A stretch of 63,458 nucleotides of DNA from Anaerolineales bacterium (GTDB taxonomy: Bacteria; Chloroflexota; Anaerolineae; Anaerolineales; E44-bin32): positions 10,895 to 74,352 of the forward strand of contig JBJYWH010000298.1 in NCBI GenBank assembly GCA_046259355.1, given 5' to 3'. This document shows positions 41,832 to 50,182 of this stretch, in pieces. The stretch's first letter is position 1. Each line of letters opens with the position of its first letter. The notes beneath the pieces were generated by a model. That model had not been told where the DNA came from and searched no databases. It worked only from the letters and a program-made list of their open reading frames with translations. Made by a program: the position numbers and the translations under genes.

Positions 41832-42392
41832 CTACGAGGTCGTGCGCGTGCGCAGGCTGCGTGCAATGAAGATCACTGCCAGCAGTGCACCGCCCATGAG
41901 AGCCAGGGCTGGCACGCCGAAATCCTCTGCAAAACCGGTCGCCGGCAGGGCGGTTGCCGTTGCAGTGGCGGTTGCACCGCCGCCTCCCTGCCCCGCCGCC
42001 AGCGTTTGCTGGGCCGCGGCGGTCGCCGTCTCCGGCGCCAGGGTTGGCAAGGTCAAGAACGGCGTCGCAGTGCTCGTCGGCAGAACCACGACCTGCGTCG
42101 GTGTCACGGTTGCGGTGGGTTCTTCCGTCTGCGTGGCGGTCGGCGTGCGGGTGGGTGTCAGCTGCACCACGGCCGCCGTCTGCGTCTGCGCCTGCTGGGT
42201 GTTCTGCAAGTTGACCTCAATTACGTCGGTCGCACGCGCTTCTCGCTGGCGGGGCGCCACAACAAGCGCATACACCGCGAGGCAGATCATGCTCAACACC
42301 AGCAATGCCCCGAGGCCACCCGCAGCGATGACAAATGTGCGGTTGGATGACTCTTCCGGCAGCGGTGCTCCTACATCAAAGTCTTCTGCCAT
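41832..42392 (-). CDS. LPXTG-type (LPATG) sortase-substrate protein with N-terminal TM helix and Thr/Pro/Ala-rich stalk
   Basis: 186 aa. The C-terminus is LPATG, followed by a hydrophobic stretch (VPALALMGGALLAVIFIA) and a basic tail RSLRTRTTS. GAGGAG SD lies upstream. Confidence 0.6.
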   Translation of the reverse strand: MAEDFDVGAPLPEESSNRTFVIAAGGLGALLVLSMICLAVYALVVAPRQREARATDVIEVNLQNTQQAQTQTAAVVQLTPTRTPTATQTEEPTATVTPTQVVVLPTSTATPFLTLPTLAPETATAAAQQTLAAGQGGGGATATATATALPATGFAEDFGVPALALMGGALLAVIFIARSLRTRTTS

Positions 42393-42466
42393 CGTCTCTA
42401 CTCCTCAGCGTCCAGGCCGCTATCGCCGCTACCTGACCGGTCTGCGTGCCCGCCTGCTCGCCATTT

Positions 42467-43534
42467 TTACTGTAAGATCTCCAAGTTCGCCAGTGGAACG
42501 GTCGTCGTACCTACCCCTTCAATTTCAACGGCGGCGCTTCTGGCACGCACACCGCTCGGATAACTTGCGGCTGCGGTCAGCAGTTCCCGTACGACTCCGA
42601 CCTCGCCCTGGTAGGGTGGTTTCAAGATTCGTACCCGCCGGCCGGGTTTCAATGCAACGACTTCTTCCGGCAGCGCAACCTGCCGGCTGGCCGGCAGCGG
42701 AATGACGACTTCGGGACGTGATCCGGGCTGCGGCCAGGGACTGCCGGCATCAACCGCCACCTCCCGGCCAACGTTGTTCAGCAGCAGGTGGTAGGCCAGG
42801 CTGTTCAAGGGTCGTTCGCCGAATCCCTCAATCAGCAGCAGCGGGTATGGCAGCTTGCGCGCGACCGGGATGAGCTCGGCCGCCATCCCACCCAGAATGA
42901 CCCCCCGCACCGAGAGTTCCGTCGCCTGGTGCAGGGGCGCGGAATGATCGCAGAGCCCCGCCACCAGGACAGCCCCGCGCAGATTGACATCGAGGTGGTC
43001 GGTCTGCAGGCGGGAAGCCGGGCTGTCGCCCACCATGCGCATCACACCGTAATCCTGCAGCCCGTTGCCCCAGACAGCCTGGACCAGCGCGCCGGTCGTC
43101 TCGACCGTCACCACCTGGCTGCCATCGCTGCCGATCACGACACCGGGAAAACCGGCCCGCAGCTGCAGCAGTTCGCCGCGCGCCTCCAGCAGCACCCGGC
43201 CCTGGCGGATATCCGCGATATGGCCCTCGGCCGGTGCCCGCACGCTGCGCCGCGTCAATCCCACCGGGCCGGCAATCAGCTGGCCCGCTTCGACCCGGTC
43301 ACCCTTCTGCGGCACGATATGCCGGGCAGCCGCTTTCGGGGTCATCCCCAGGCCGCGGGCGATATCGAGATAGTAGTGCTTGGGCTCGATCTCGGCTTCC
43401 GCCACCACATCGGATGCCTGGACCTTTTCGTTCACGCGCACCATGATCGCACCGGGCACAGGCAGGATGCGCTGGCGGCGAATAGCCGTCATCGGCAGCA
43501 CATGGGTGATGGAGGGTAAAAAGATTTCAGACAT
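42467..43534 (-). CDS. hypothetical protein (barrel-like N-half, KOW-like motif near C-terminus)
   Basis: 355 aa with no family recognised. It has GDRVEAGQLIAGPV (lipoyl/hybrid-barrel-like) and GRRVRILKPPYQGEVGVV (KOW-like). Confidence 0.55.
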   Translation of the reverse strand: MSEIFLPSITHVLPMTAIRRQRILPVPGAIMVRVNEKVQASDVVAEAEIEPKHYYLDIARGLGMTPKAAARHIVPQKGDRVEAGQLIAGPVGLTRRSVRAPAEGHIADIRQGRVLLEARGELLQLRAGFPGVVIGSDGSQVVTVETTGALVQAVWGNGLQDYGVMRMVGDSPASRLQTDHLDVNLRGAVLVAGLCDHSAPLHQATELSVRGVILGGMAAELIPVARKLPYPLLLIEGFGERPLNSLAYHLLLNNVGREVAVDAGSPWPQPGSRPEVVIPLPASRQVALPEEVVALKPGRRVRILKPPYQGEVGVVRELLTAAASYPSGVRARSAAVEIEGVGTTTVPLANLEILQ

Positions 43535-43574
43535 GGCTCATCGGCCTACTGGGATGCAAGAAAGGTGCCAGGGA

Positions 43575-45335
43575 TCACGTTCGGGCTCCAATATCGTGCA
43601 GCCACTTCAAATTCAGCTCCTGCTGGCGCTCGGTATCCTCGAGAAGTTCAAGCGGGCGCCCGCGCGCATCGATGATCAACCCGACCACACCTCCGGCCAC
43701 TCGCAGGGCACCAGCCTTGCCGGGGCCGCCAAAGCCGACATCGAAGCCGCGTTCGGGACGCAGCGTGAGCTTGCCGTGGTCACCGGGGCGCAGGGGGACC
43801 ACAACCAGCTGGCCCATGCGCACCTCGCCGGCAATATCCTCCGTCCCCTGGTCATATTCAAGCCGCAGGCTGAGCACCTTGCGCCCGGTGCGCGCCGTGC
43901 CCACGGGCGAAACGACCGTCCCCAGGCTGACGTAGCTGCCCGATTCGAGCACATGCACGGTGAGCATCGGCACCGAGCCGGCCGCAGCGCCGAGCGAGGG
44001 CGAAAGGCCATGCGGGTCGAGCACCAGCGTGGAGATGCCGGTTGGCTGGAGCGCGTCCAGCAGCGCCAGTGCAGCATACCCCGGCTTCGGCGCCCGGCCG
44101 AAGACAGCCCCGCTGGCGATCACGGGCTCGATCGGCGGCAGCAGCCATGAGGCGTTTAAATTCTTGCCGCTCGGCCACTGCAAACGGGCCTGGTGCAGGG
44201 CTACCCGCAGGATCTCCCGCGCCAGCGCAAGCTCGATTTCCAAATCAAGGTCTTCGGTGGGAATCGTGCTGGGCGCCACCGATTTGTTGTACATGTAATC
44301 GAGCAGTTCACCCGGCGGGATCTCCCGCGGCAGCCAGCGCAGGATGTCCGGCAAGCGGACGTGACGCAGCAGCTTCGGCAGCGGCTCTCCCATCCCCAGG
44401 CCGGTTTCAACCCGCATGCGCAGGTCGCCCTCAAAGGAAGCGGCCACCATCGTGTGGCTGGCGCCGACGTCCACGCCGAGCACACCTTTTTCGGGGTCAT
44501 AAATCCGGCTGAGATAGCGGATGACCCGGCCGAAGGCATCAGCGGTGAGCATCAGCCGGCCGCCCGACCACTGTTCGAGCTCCTCATAGCCGCGAATCTG
44601 GCGGGCACGTGCCTCGGAAATCGCTTCACCCAGCGCCAGGCGGGCGTGAGCCAGGTCCTCCACCTCGAGACTGGGGCGGACGTTCGGCGCCTGCGCCAGG
44701 TCGTAGCGGTCATCGAAGCGGTCGGCGACCGTTGCCGCCAGGCCGCGGTTGGCCGCGTAGACAATGCGCGGACGTTGTGACGGTGGAAACTGGCTCACGG
44801 CAATAGACGCCAGATCGATCAACTGCAGGACCGAATCCTGCGCCCCGCCATCCGTGCCGCCGGCGATCAGGATCAGGTCCGGCCGGGCGGAAAGGATGGC
44901 ATCGATTTTCTCTTCCTCCCGGCGGCTGTCCAGCAGGTGAATCGTCTCAACAGCTTCCAGGTAGGTCGAGTCAGCCAGGCGCAGCGCGCTCTGCGTGGAC
45001 ACACCCGGCATCAGGCCCAAGATGACCGTGCGGACCTTGGGGCCGGCCGAGCCGGTGGCGACGAACATGTCCACGCCAGCACCCTGACCGGTCACCGGCA
45101 TGATCAGCAGATCCGAATCATCCACCAGCTGGCGGCCGGTGATGGTCTGCACGCGTTCGATCGCCATCCGCACGCCCTCGCTCACATCAAACAGCGGCGG
45201 TCCGGCCGTGGACGGAGCCCGCCCGGTTGCAATCAACCGGTAGCGCCCATCGACGACATCGAACAGGCTGGCGCGGGTGTTGACCGTACCCACGTCAATC
45301 GCTAGCAGCGTATCGGCATCGAGATAGGTGCTCAT
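43575..45335 (-). CDS. actin-fold (ASKHA) ATPase, GlmL/MutL-like
   Basis: The start is MSTYLDADTLLAIDVGTVNTRASLFD (ATG 45335); the ORF-track frame extends to 45401. A second nucleotide-binding-like segment is VLGVDVGASHTMV. Overall it resembles the glutamate mutase accessory protein family, from memory. Confidence 0.65.
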   Translation of the reverse strand: MSTYLDADTLLAIDVGTVNTRASLFDVVDGRYRLIATGRAPSTAGPPLFDVSEGVRMAIERVQTITGRQLVDDSDLLIMPVTGQGAGVDMFVATGSAGPKVRTVILGLMPGVSTQSALRLADSTYLEAVETIHLLDSRREEEKIDAILSARPDLILIAGGTDGGAQDSVLQLIDLASIAVSQFPPSQRPRIVYAANRGLAATVADRFDDRYDLAQAPNVRPSLEVEDLAHARLALGEAISEARARQIRGYEELEQWSGGRLMLTADAFGRVIRYLSRIYDPEKGVLGVDVGASHTMVAASFEGDLRMRVETGLGMGEPLPKLLRHVRLPDILRWLPREIPPGELLDYMYNKSVAPSTIPTEDLDLEIELALAREILRVALHQARLQWPSGKNLNASWLLPPIEPVIASGAVFGRAPKPGYAALALLDALQPTGISTLVLDPHGLSPSLGAAAGSVPMLTVHVLESGSYVSLGTVVSPVGTARTGRKVLSLRLEYDQGTEDIAGEVRMGQLVVVPLRPGDHGKLTLRPERGFDVGFGGPGKAGALRVAGGVVGLIIDARGRPLELLEDTERQQELNLKWLHDIGART

Positions 45336-45342
45336 TGTCTGC

Positions 45343-46068
45343 TCAGGATCCACCGATGAGCGAGTTGATGACTTGCCGCAGGAATTCGAACCGCTGGCCA
45401 AGCACGAGAATCGCGGCAGTCAGCGCGCCGGCATACATCACACCAAACGTGATCGCAATAAAAACCTGGCCGACGTATGCCAGGATGGCGGTCAGCCGTG
45501 AGCGGCGGGTTCCCCCTGTAACATCGCGCTGCGCGGCAAACCGGAAATAGATCAGAGTGCTGATCGTCGCCAGCAGCACGATCAGCGAACTGATCGCACG
45601 CTCGAGCCAGATCGAAGCCGGCTCACCGGCGACGGGGAACAGGCTTTCAGGGGCGAGCGAATCCGCGGCCGCCATACTCTGCGGTATGAGCGTCCCGGTG
45701 ATTCCGCCGCCCACCACCACCGCTGCCCCGACCCCGACCAGCATCGCCACCGGGAGGCTGCCGAAGCGGGCCAGCCGGGGCGAAAGTTTGAACGCGAAAA
45801 GAATGGTCAGGATCCACGGGACGATGAAGGTGCCCAAGGCCTCCCAGCCCAGAATGCTGGTCCCGTCCCCGCCCAGGATCGGATCGACCAGCGCCGGCAG
45901 GATGACATTACGCACCGCAATCGCGCCGGCGTAACCCGAAGCGACGCCGATGAAGAGGTACGTGGCAATGCGAAACAGCACATTGTCCTTGATGACATAA
46001 CTCAAAACCATCAAGGTCAAGAGCGCGCCGAACACCATGCCGATCAGGTCAAGCGAAAACTCAGCCAC
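45343..46068 (-). CDS. polytopic membrane protein (~7 TM), hypothetical
   Basis: 241 aa with a GTG start 6 nt after the upstream TGA; GAGG overlaps that stop. Confidence 0.6.
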   Translation of the reverse strand: MAEFSLDLIGMVFGALLTLMVLSYVIKDNVLFRIATYLFIGVASGYAGAIAVRNVILPALVDPILGGDGTSILGWEALGTFIVPWILTILFAFKLSPRLARFGSLPVAMLVGVGAAVVVGGGITGTLIPQSMAAADSLAPESLFPVAGEPASIWLERAISSLIVLLATISTLIYFRFAAQRDVTGGTRRSRLTAILAYVGQVFIAITFGVMYAGALTAAILVLGQRFEFLRQVINSLIGGS

Positions 46069-46074
46069 GGTACC

Positions 46075-48348
46075 TCATTCCGTCCGCCGCCTGCGCAGGC
46101 TCACCAGCCAGGCGCCGGCGCCGTAAAGCGCGCCCGCCAGCAGAATTAATTCAACGAACAGCATGCCGCTGCCGAACGTATTCCAGATATCGCCGGTCGT
46201 GCTCTGCTGGCCATTCAGATCTTCATAGGCCAGTGCAGCCGGCAGGCCGGTGAGAATACCGTTCACCAGCGGTTCACTCGATTCGTAATAAGGCCGCACG
46301 AGCGGTTCGGCGCCGGCGCTCAGCACCATGATCAGCGGTCGATCGCCGATCCAGGGGTGGGTCTGCTCGGCCCAGTTGCGAGCCGTTTCCGTCCCGGAAG
46401 TGATCACGACCACCATTCCAAAGTCGGACAGCCGGGTGATTCCGGCCAGGAGCGGATGGCTCCAGATCGCTGATCTTGCCTGCGGTCCCAGTCCAAGTGT
46501 GCTGGCCTCCCCGGTTTCGGGGACGAGAAAACCGGTCAGCACAGCGTCGCGTGGCGAGATGGCGAACAGCTGCACCGCGGTTGGGCCGCCGGCCAGGTAG
46601 CCGAGATGGACGTACGCCTGTCCGTTCACCGCGGCATACGGCGCGCCCAGTTCGCTCAAGAGCCGTTCCGCCAGCGGCGGTCCGGTGGGGCGCGTGGAAA
46701 GCGTGACCAGCGGAATAGCCCGTGCGAATGCGTGCCGGATCAGCGCGCCGGCGACATTATCCAGCTCGCCGCTGTAGCTGGGCGTGTAATCGAAGATGAT
46801 CAGCGCCGGCCGATCAGCCGGTACGCTGTTGACCAAGCTTTGCAGCGGGACAAGCTCGCGAGGAATATCGACCGGATGGGAAAAGCCCTGCAGCCCCAGC
46901 CGGCTGAAAGAAGGCGGCAGCAGCACCGCCAGCAGGATCAAGAAGCTGATGATCCAGCGTGCGATCGGGAGCGGCCGGCCGGGACGGCGTGCGATCATCG
47001 ATTCGCGCTGCTCCTCCTCGATCAACCGGTGCAGCAGCTCACCCTGGGCGTACTGCCGTTCGCTGACCTCGAGCCGTGCCGCCGCCGCGGAGGAGGTGCG
47101 CGGGATCGCCACGACCGGCTCCGCCATCAGCACACCGCGCAGCCCGGCCAGCGGTCCGACCGATTCAACCGCCTGCACATCTTCCGGGACGATCTCGATC
47201 TCAGGCCGGAAGGTGTCAACCGGCCGCATCGCCTCCAGCCAGGAAGGCAGCGTTGCCGGCGCCAGATCGGCTTCCTCGGCCTCCTCTTCGGGTTCGGCGG
47301 GTTCACCCTCTTCGGGCATCTCCTCCATCGGCTGGAGCCGCAGGTTGTCCAGCCAGGCGGGGAGTTCGATCGAATCGAGCGCCCTTTCATCAATTTCGAT
47401 GATGGGGCGCTCTCCGCTCTCGTCACTCACCAGGGCCGGTACATGCGGCTCTCCATCCTCGCCACCCGCCTGCTCCTGGTCTACCGGCCTGCCTTCCCCC
47501 TCGCCCCAGTCGATGCCGAAGCCGCTCGCCGCCACGCGACGTTGACCTTCTTCAGCTTCCTCTTCTGCGCGCGCGCCAAGCACATGCGGCGATCCGGGTA
47601 CGCCGGGTACGTCTGAGAGCTTGCCCAGGTCAATCGAAGGGGGTGTGGGATAAATGTCGCGCCCCTGCCCAGGCTTGAGATCGGGCAGCTCGCGCTCTTC
47701 GGCCGGCGGCTCCTCCTCCGACTCTTCATCCTCGCCGGGAAGCAGCCCTTCAAGGCCGGAATCGAAGGGTTCTGATTCTGCGGCGGAAAATTCGGCCGGC
47801 TCTTCTTCCTGCGCGCTGCGCAGTTTATCGAGCCAGTCCTCGCCCGCATCACCAGCAGCTGGTGCTTCTTCCTCCGGCTGGAATCCCTTCCGGGCGCGCA
47901 CGCGCGCCAGCCACTCCGGAACGTCGCCTGCGTCCTCTTCTTCGACGGCTTGCGGTTTTTCTTCATCGCCAGCGGCGATGAACTCGTCCATCCACTCCGG
48001 GATCGCCTCCTCAGGCCCGCCCAGGTTGTAGCGGTCCTCGGCGTCCCGCATGCCGCCCAGCCAATCGGGCGAACCGGTGGCGCTCTCGGAGTAACCCGGC
48101 TCCGCCGGTTCCTCCGGTTCGGGTTCTTCCTCCGGCTCGCTGACGCCAGCCCGAATGCGGGCCAGCCAATCGTCGACCTCGCCGGTATCGCCCTGGTCCT
48201 CCGCTGAAAAGTCCTCCCGGCGCGGTTCCTCCGCCTCGGGGTGGGCATCGCCAGCAAGCAGGGGCTTGAGCCGCGCGCCGCAGGAGACGCAGGTTTCAGC
48301 CTCCGCCGGGTTGAGCGTACTGCACATCGGGCAGCGCTGCTCTGCCAT
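46075..48348 (-). CDS. zinc-ribbon protein with acidic xWLxxxR repeat region and TM-anchored C-terminal domain, hypothetical
   Basis: 757 aa. It has the ribbon CPMCSTLNPAEAETCVSCGARL, seven copies of [PDE]xW[LM]xx[LMIF][RI], a TM helix (IARWIISFLILLAVLL), a ~270-aa domain and a final TM helix plus RRRRTE. Confidence 0.7.
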   Translation of the reverse strand: MAEQRCPMCSTLNPAEAETCVSCGARLKPLLAGDAHPEAEEPRREDFSAEDQGDTGEVDDWLARIRAGVSEPEEEPEPEEPAEPGYSESATGSPDWLGGMRDAEDRYNLGGPEEAIPEWMDEFIAAGDEEKPQAVEEEDAGDVPEWLARVRARKGFQPEEEAPAAGDAGEDWLDKLRSAQEEEPAEFSAAESEPFDSGLEGLLPGEDEESEEEPPAEERELPDLKPGQGRDIYPTPPSIDLGKLSDVPGVPGSPHVLGARAEEEAEEGQRRVAASGFGIDWGEGEGRPVDQEQAGGEDGEPHVPALVSDESGERPIIEIDERALDSIELPAWLDNLRLQPMEEMPEEGEPAEPEEEAEEADLAPATLPSWLEAMRPVDTFRPEIEIVPEDVQAVESVGPLAGLRGVLMAEPVVAIPRTSSAAAARLEVSERQYAQGELLHRLIEEEQRESMIARRPGRPLPIARWIISFLILLAVLLPPSFSRLGLQGFSHPVDIPRELVPLQSLVNSVPADRPALIIFDYTPSYSGELDNVAGALIRHAFARAIPLVTLSTRPTGPPLAERLLSELGAPYAAVNGQAYVHLGYLAGGPTAVQLFAISPRDAVLTGFLVPETGEASTLGLGPQARSAIWSHPLLAGITRLSDFGMVVVITSGTETARNWAEQTHPWIGDRPLIMVLSAGAEPLVRPYYESSEPLVNGILTGLPAALAYEDLNGQQSTTGDIWNTFGSGMLFVELILLAGALYGAGAWLVSLRRRRTE

Positions 48349-48352
48349 CTAC

Positions 48353-49015
48353 TTAATCACCGTATGGCCGGTCGATCGCCAGCAGCACACGCAGGCCGGT
48401 GACGATCGATCCCAATGCGACACCCAGCAGAACGCCGCGCGCTCCGCCAGCCGCCGCGACCTGAGCCAGCCAGTTTCGCAATCCACTGAACAGCGCAAAA
48501 CCGGAGCTGGCATTTGGAACGATACCGGGTCCGGAGCCGATCAGAACCAGCACAGCCGTGAGGATGAACGCCAGGCTGATGAGATCACGCCGGCGCTGCA
48601 GGGTGCGGAATCCGGCCAGCGTCAGCGTGATCGCCAGCAGCGCACCCAGGCTGGCTTCCACCGGCAGCTGGATCGCATTGAACAGCAGCAGCACGATCCG
48701 GCTGTCCGGGCCGAAGACCAATCCGAGGATCAGCGTGATGAAGAAGGTCAGAATCAGCAGGGCGCTGTAGCCCCAGCCGCGCTCCTGGTCGCTTACTTTC
48801 CGCCAGTGAACCGTGAACAGGTTGATCAAGCCCAGCAGCAGGCCGACCGCTGCGAGCAGCACCGCCCAGCGCATGATCAGCAGCCGCAGGCCGAAAATCG
48901 TGCCCAGCAGTCCGGACGACGCCACGGCGTCGATCTCGACGAAGTAACCCAGCAACACGATCAGCCCGGTGCCAACGGCGGTGGCAGCCCAGAGCATATA
49001 GGAGCCGAGCTTCAT
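48353..49015 (-). CDS. polytopic membrane protein (~6 TM), hypothetical
   Basis: 220 aa. The ATGA start overlaps the stop of the upstream gene. Confidence 0.6.
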   Translation of the reverse strand: MKLGSYMLWAATAVGTGLIVLLGYFVEIDAVASSGLLGTIFGLRLLIMRWAVLLAAVGLLLGLINLFTVHWRKVSDQERGWGYSALLILTFFITLILGLVFGPDSRIVLLLFNAIQLPVEASLGALLAITLTLAGFRTLQRRRDLISLAFILTAVLVLIGSGPGIVPNASSGFALFSGLRNWLAQVAAAGGARGVLLGVALGSIVTGLRVLLAIDRPYGD

Positions 49016-49773
49016 ACGCCGATTCCCAGCAGGCGCAGCAGCCCGCCAAGCAAGATGCCGCCGATCAGGATGAAGCGCACGGCATCCTGCACCCGCAGGC
49101 TGGCTCGATGGGAGGGATCCTTCTGCAGGTAGGCCCCGCCAGCGAAGACCTCTTCCCCGATGAGCGGATAGCTTGCGGTCGCGTACAGCAGCGCCTGGGA
49201 TTGTGCGTCATCGGTGCCGGCCAGCACGAAGATGCCCGCTCGCTCCCCGAAGTCAGCCGCCAGCGCGCCCTCCGACCCGAAAGAACCGGCCAGGACATGG
49301 GCGGAGACATCTTCGCTGGCAATCAGGATCGGGAGGCTTGCCACGTAGGAGTAGGGTGTCGGACCCAGCATGCGAGCCCGATTGGGGCCGAAGCGGTCGA
49401 GTGCGCCTGCCGCCCGGTAGACGCTGCGCAGCGAATCCTGCGCCAGAATGGCCATGGCTCCATCGCCGGTGCTGACAACCATCGGTTTGTCGCTGAGCGT
49501 GGTCATGCGGGCGATGTAGCCGAGAATCGCCAGGCCGGCCAGCGCCGGCGCGCTGTCGGTGCCGATCAGCGAACCGGTGCCGAGCGAAAGGTGGACGCGC
49601 TCCCCGGCCTCGACGGCGCGCTCGATCGCCCGGTCGAGGGCCTCGTAGCCCGGAATCGACCGGAACAACCCACCGCGCCGTTCCCCGATTCCCAGGAAAA
49701 TGAACAGCAGGACGAGAAACAGCCCCAGGACCAGCAAGCCGAGAAGATCAATGCTGCCCATGACGTTCCTCAC
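49012..49773 (-). CDS. membrane protein with one TM helix at each end, hypothetical
   Basis: 253 aa. The N-terminal helix is LLGLLVLGLFLVLLFIFLGI and the C-terminal helix is FILIGGILLGGLLRLLGIG. An alternative start is at 49761. Confidence 0.6.
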   Translation of the reverse strand: MRNVMGSIDLLGLLVLGLFLVLLFIFLGIGERRGGLFRSIPGYEALDRAIERAVEAGERVHLSLGTGSLIGTDSAPALAGLAILGYIARMTTLSDKPMVVSTGDGAMAILAQDSLRSVYRAAGALDRFGPNRARMLGPTPYSYVASLPILIASEDVSAHVLAGSFGSEGALAADFGERAGIFVLAGTDDAQSQALLYATASYPLIGEEVFAGGAYLQKDPSHRASLRVQDAVRFILIGGILLGGLLRLLGIGV

Positions 49774-49993
49774 CCCGCAGTTCTGCCGTCAATTCATCCA
49801 TCTTCACCGGATCCTCGAGCGCTTTCACGACCGACTCCCAGGTCTCGCCTCCGCCAACGAGCGGCTGCAGGAGCAGCATGCCCTGGGCGCCAAGCGGCGC
49901 CAGAGGCGCGAATCCCTCCAGCAAAGTGGCCGCAATCGATCCAAGGCCCATGCGGCGGAACCTCTGGACGATCTCTTCCCGTGTCTGGCCCAT
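49748..49993 (-). CDS. 81-aa protein, hypothetical (first gene of operon)
   Basis: The start is MGQTREEIVQRF, preceded by GGGAGG. TATACT (rc of 50011-50016) lies 17 nt upstream. The ORF-track frame extends to 50143. Confidence 0.45.
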   Translation of the reverse strand: MGQTREEIVQRFRRMGLGSIAATLLEGFAPLAPLGAQGMLLLQPLVGGGETWESVVKALEDPVKMDELTAELRGEERHGQH

Positions 49994-50125
49994 ACCTCCC
50001 ACCGTCGCGCAGTATAGCATAACCCGCATGCGCCGTGAAACAGGTGGCAACCGGTATTCTCCTGTCAGCCCGCTCCACCCGCTGGATTGTAGACCCCGGC
50101 TCGAAGGCCGGTCAAGCATGCAGCG

Positions 50126-50153
50126 TTGCAGACCCGTGGCCATCGGCTATAAT
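50126..50153 (+). promoter_or_regulatory. promoter TTGCAG-16-TATAAT for the NurA/HerA operon
   Basis: TTGCAG is at 50126-50131 and TATAAT at 50148-50153, 29 nt before ATG 50183. Confidence 0.45.
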
Positions 50154-50155
50154 CC

Positions 50156-50169
50156 GGAACAGTTGTTCC
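50156..50169. promoter_or_regulatory. candidate LexA (Cheo-type) operator GGAACAGTTGTTCC
   Basis: GAAC-N4-GTTC is at 50157-50168 inside a 14-nt near-palindrome. It begins 3 nt after the -10 box, so it covers the expected transcription start. Confidence 0.4.
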
Positions 50170-50182
50170 AAAGGCGGTACCG

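Noticed and set aside
41803-42705. 300-aa plus-strand ORF spanning the LPATG gene and an intergenic region
   Set aside because: It is Ala/Val/Arg/Ser low-complexity sequence antisense to a gene with a coherent anchor-stalk-sorting-signal architecture and a GAGGAG SD.
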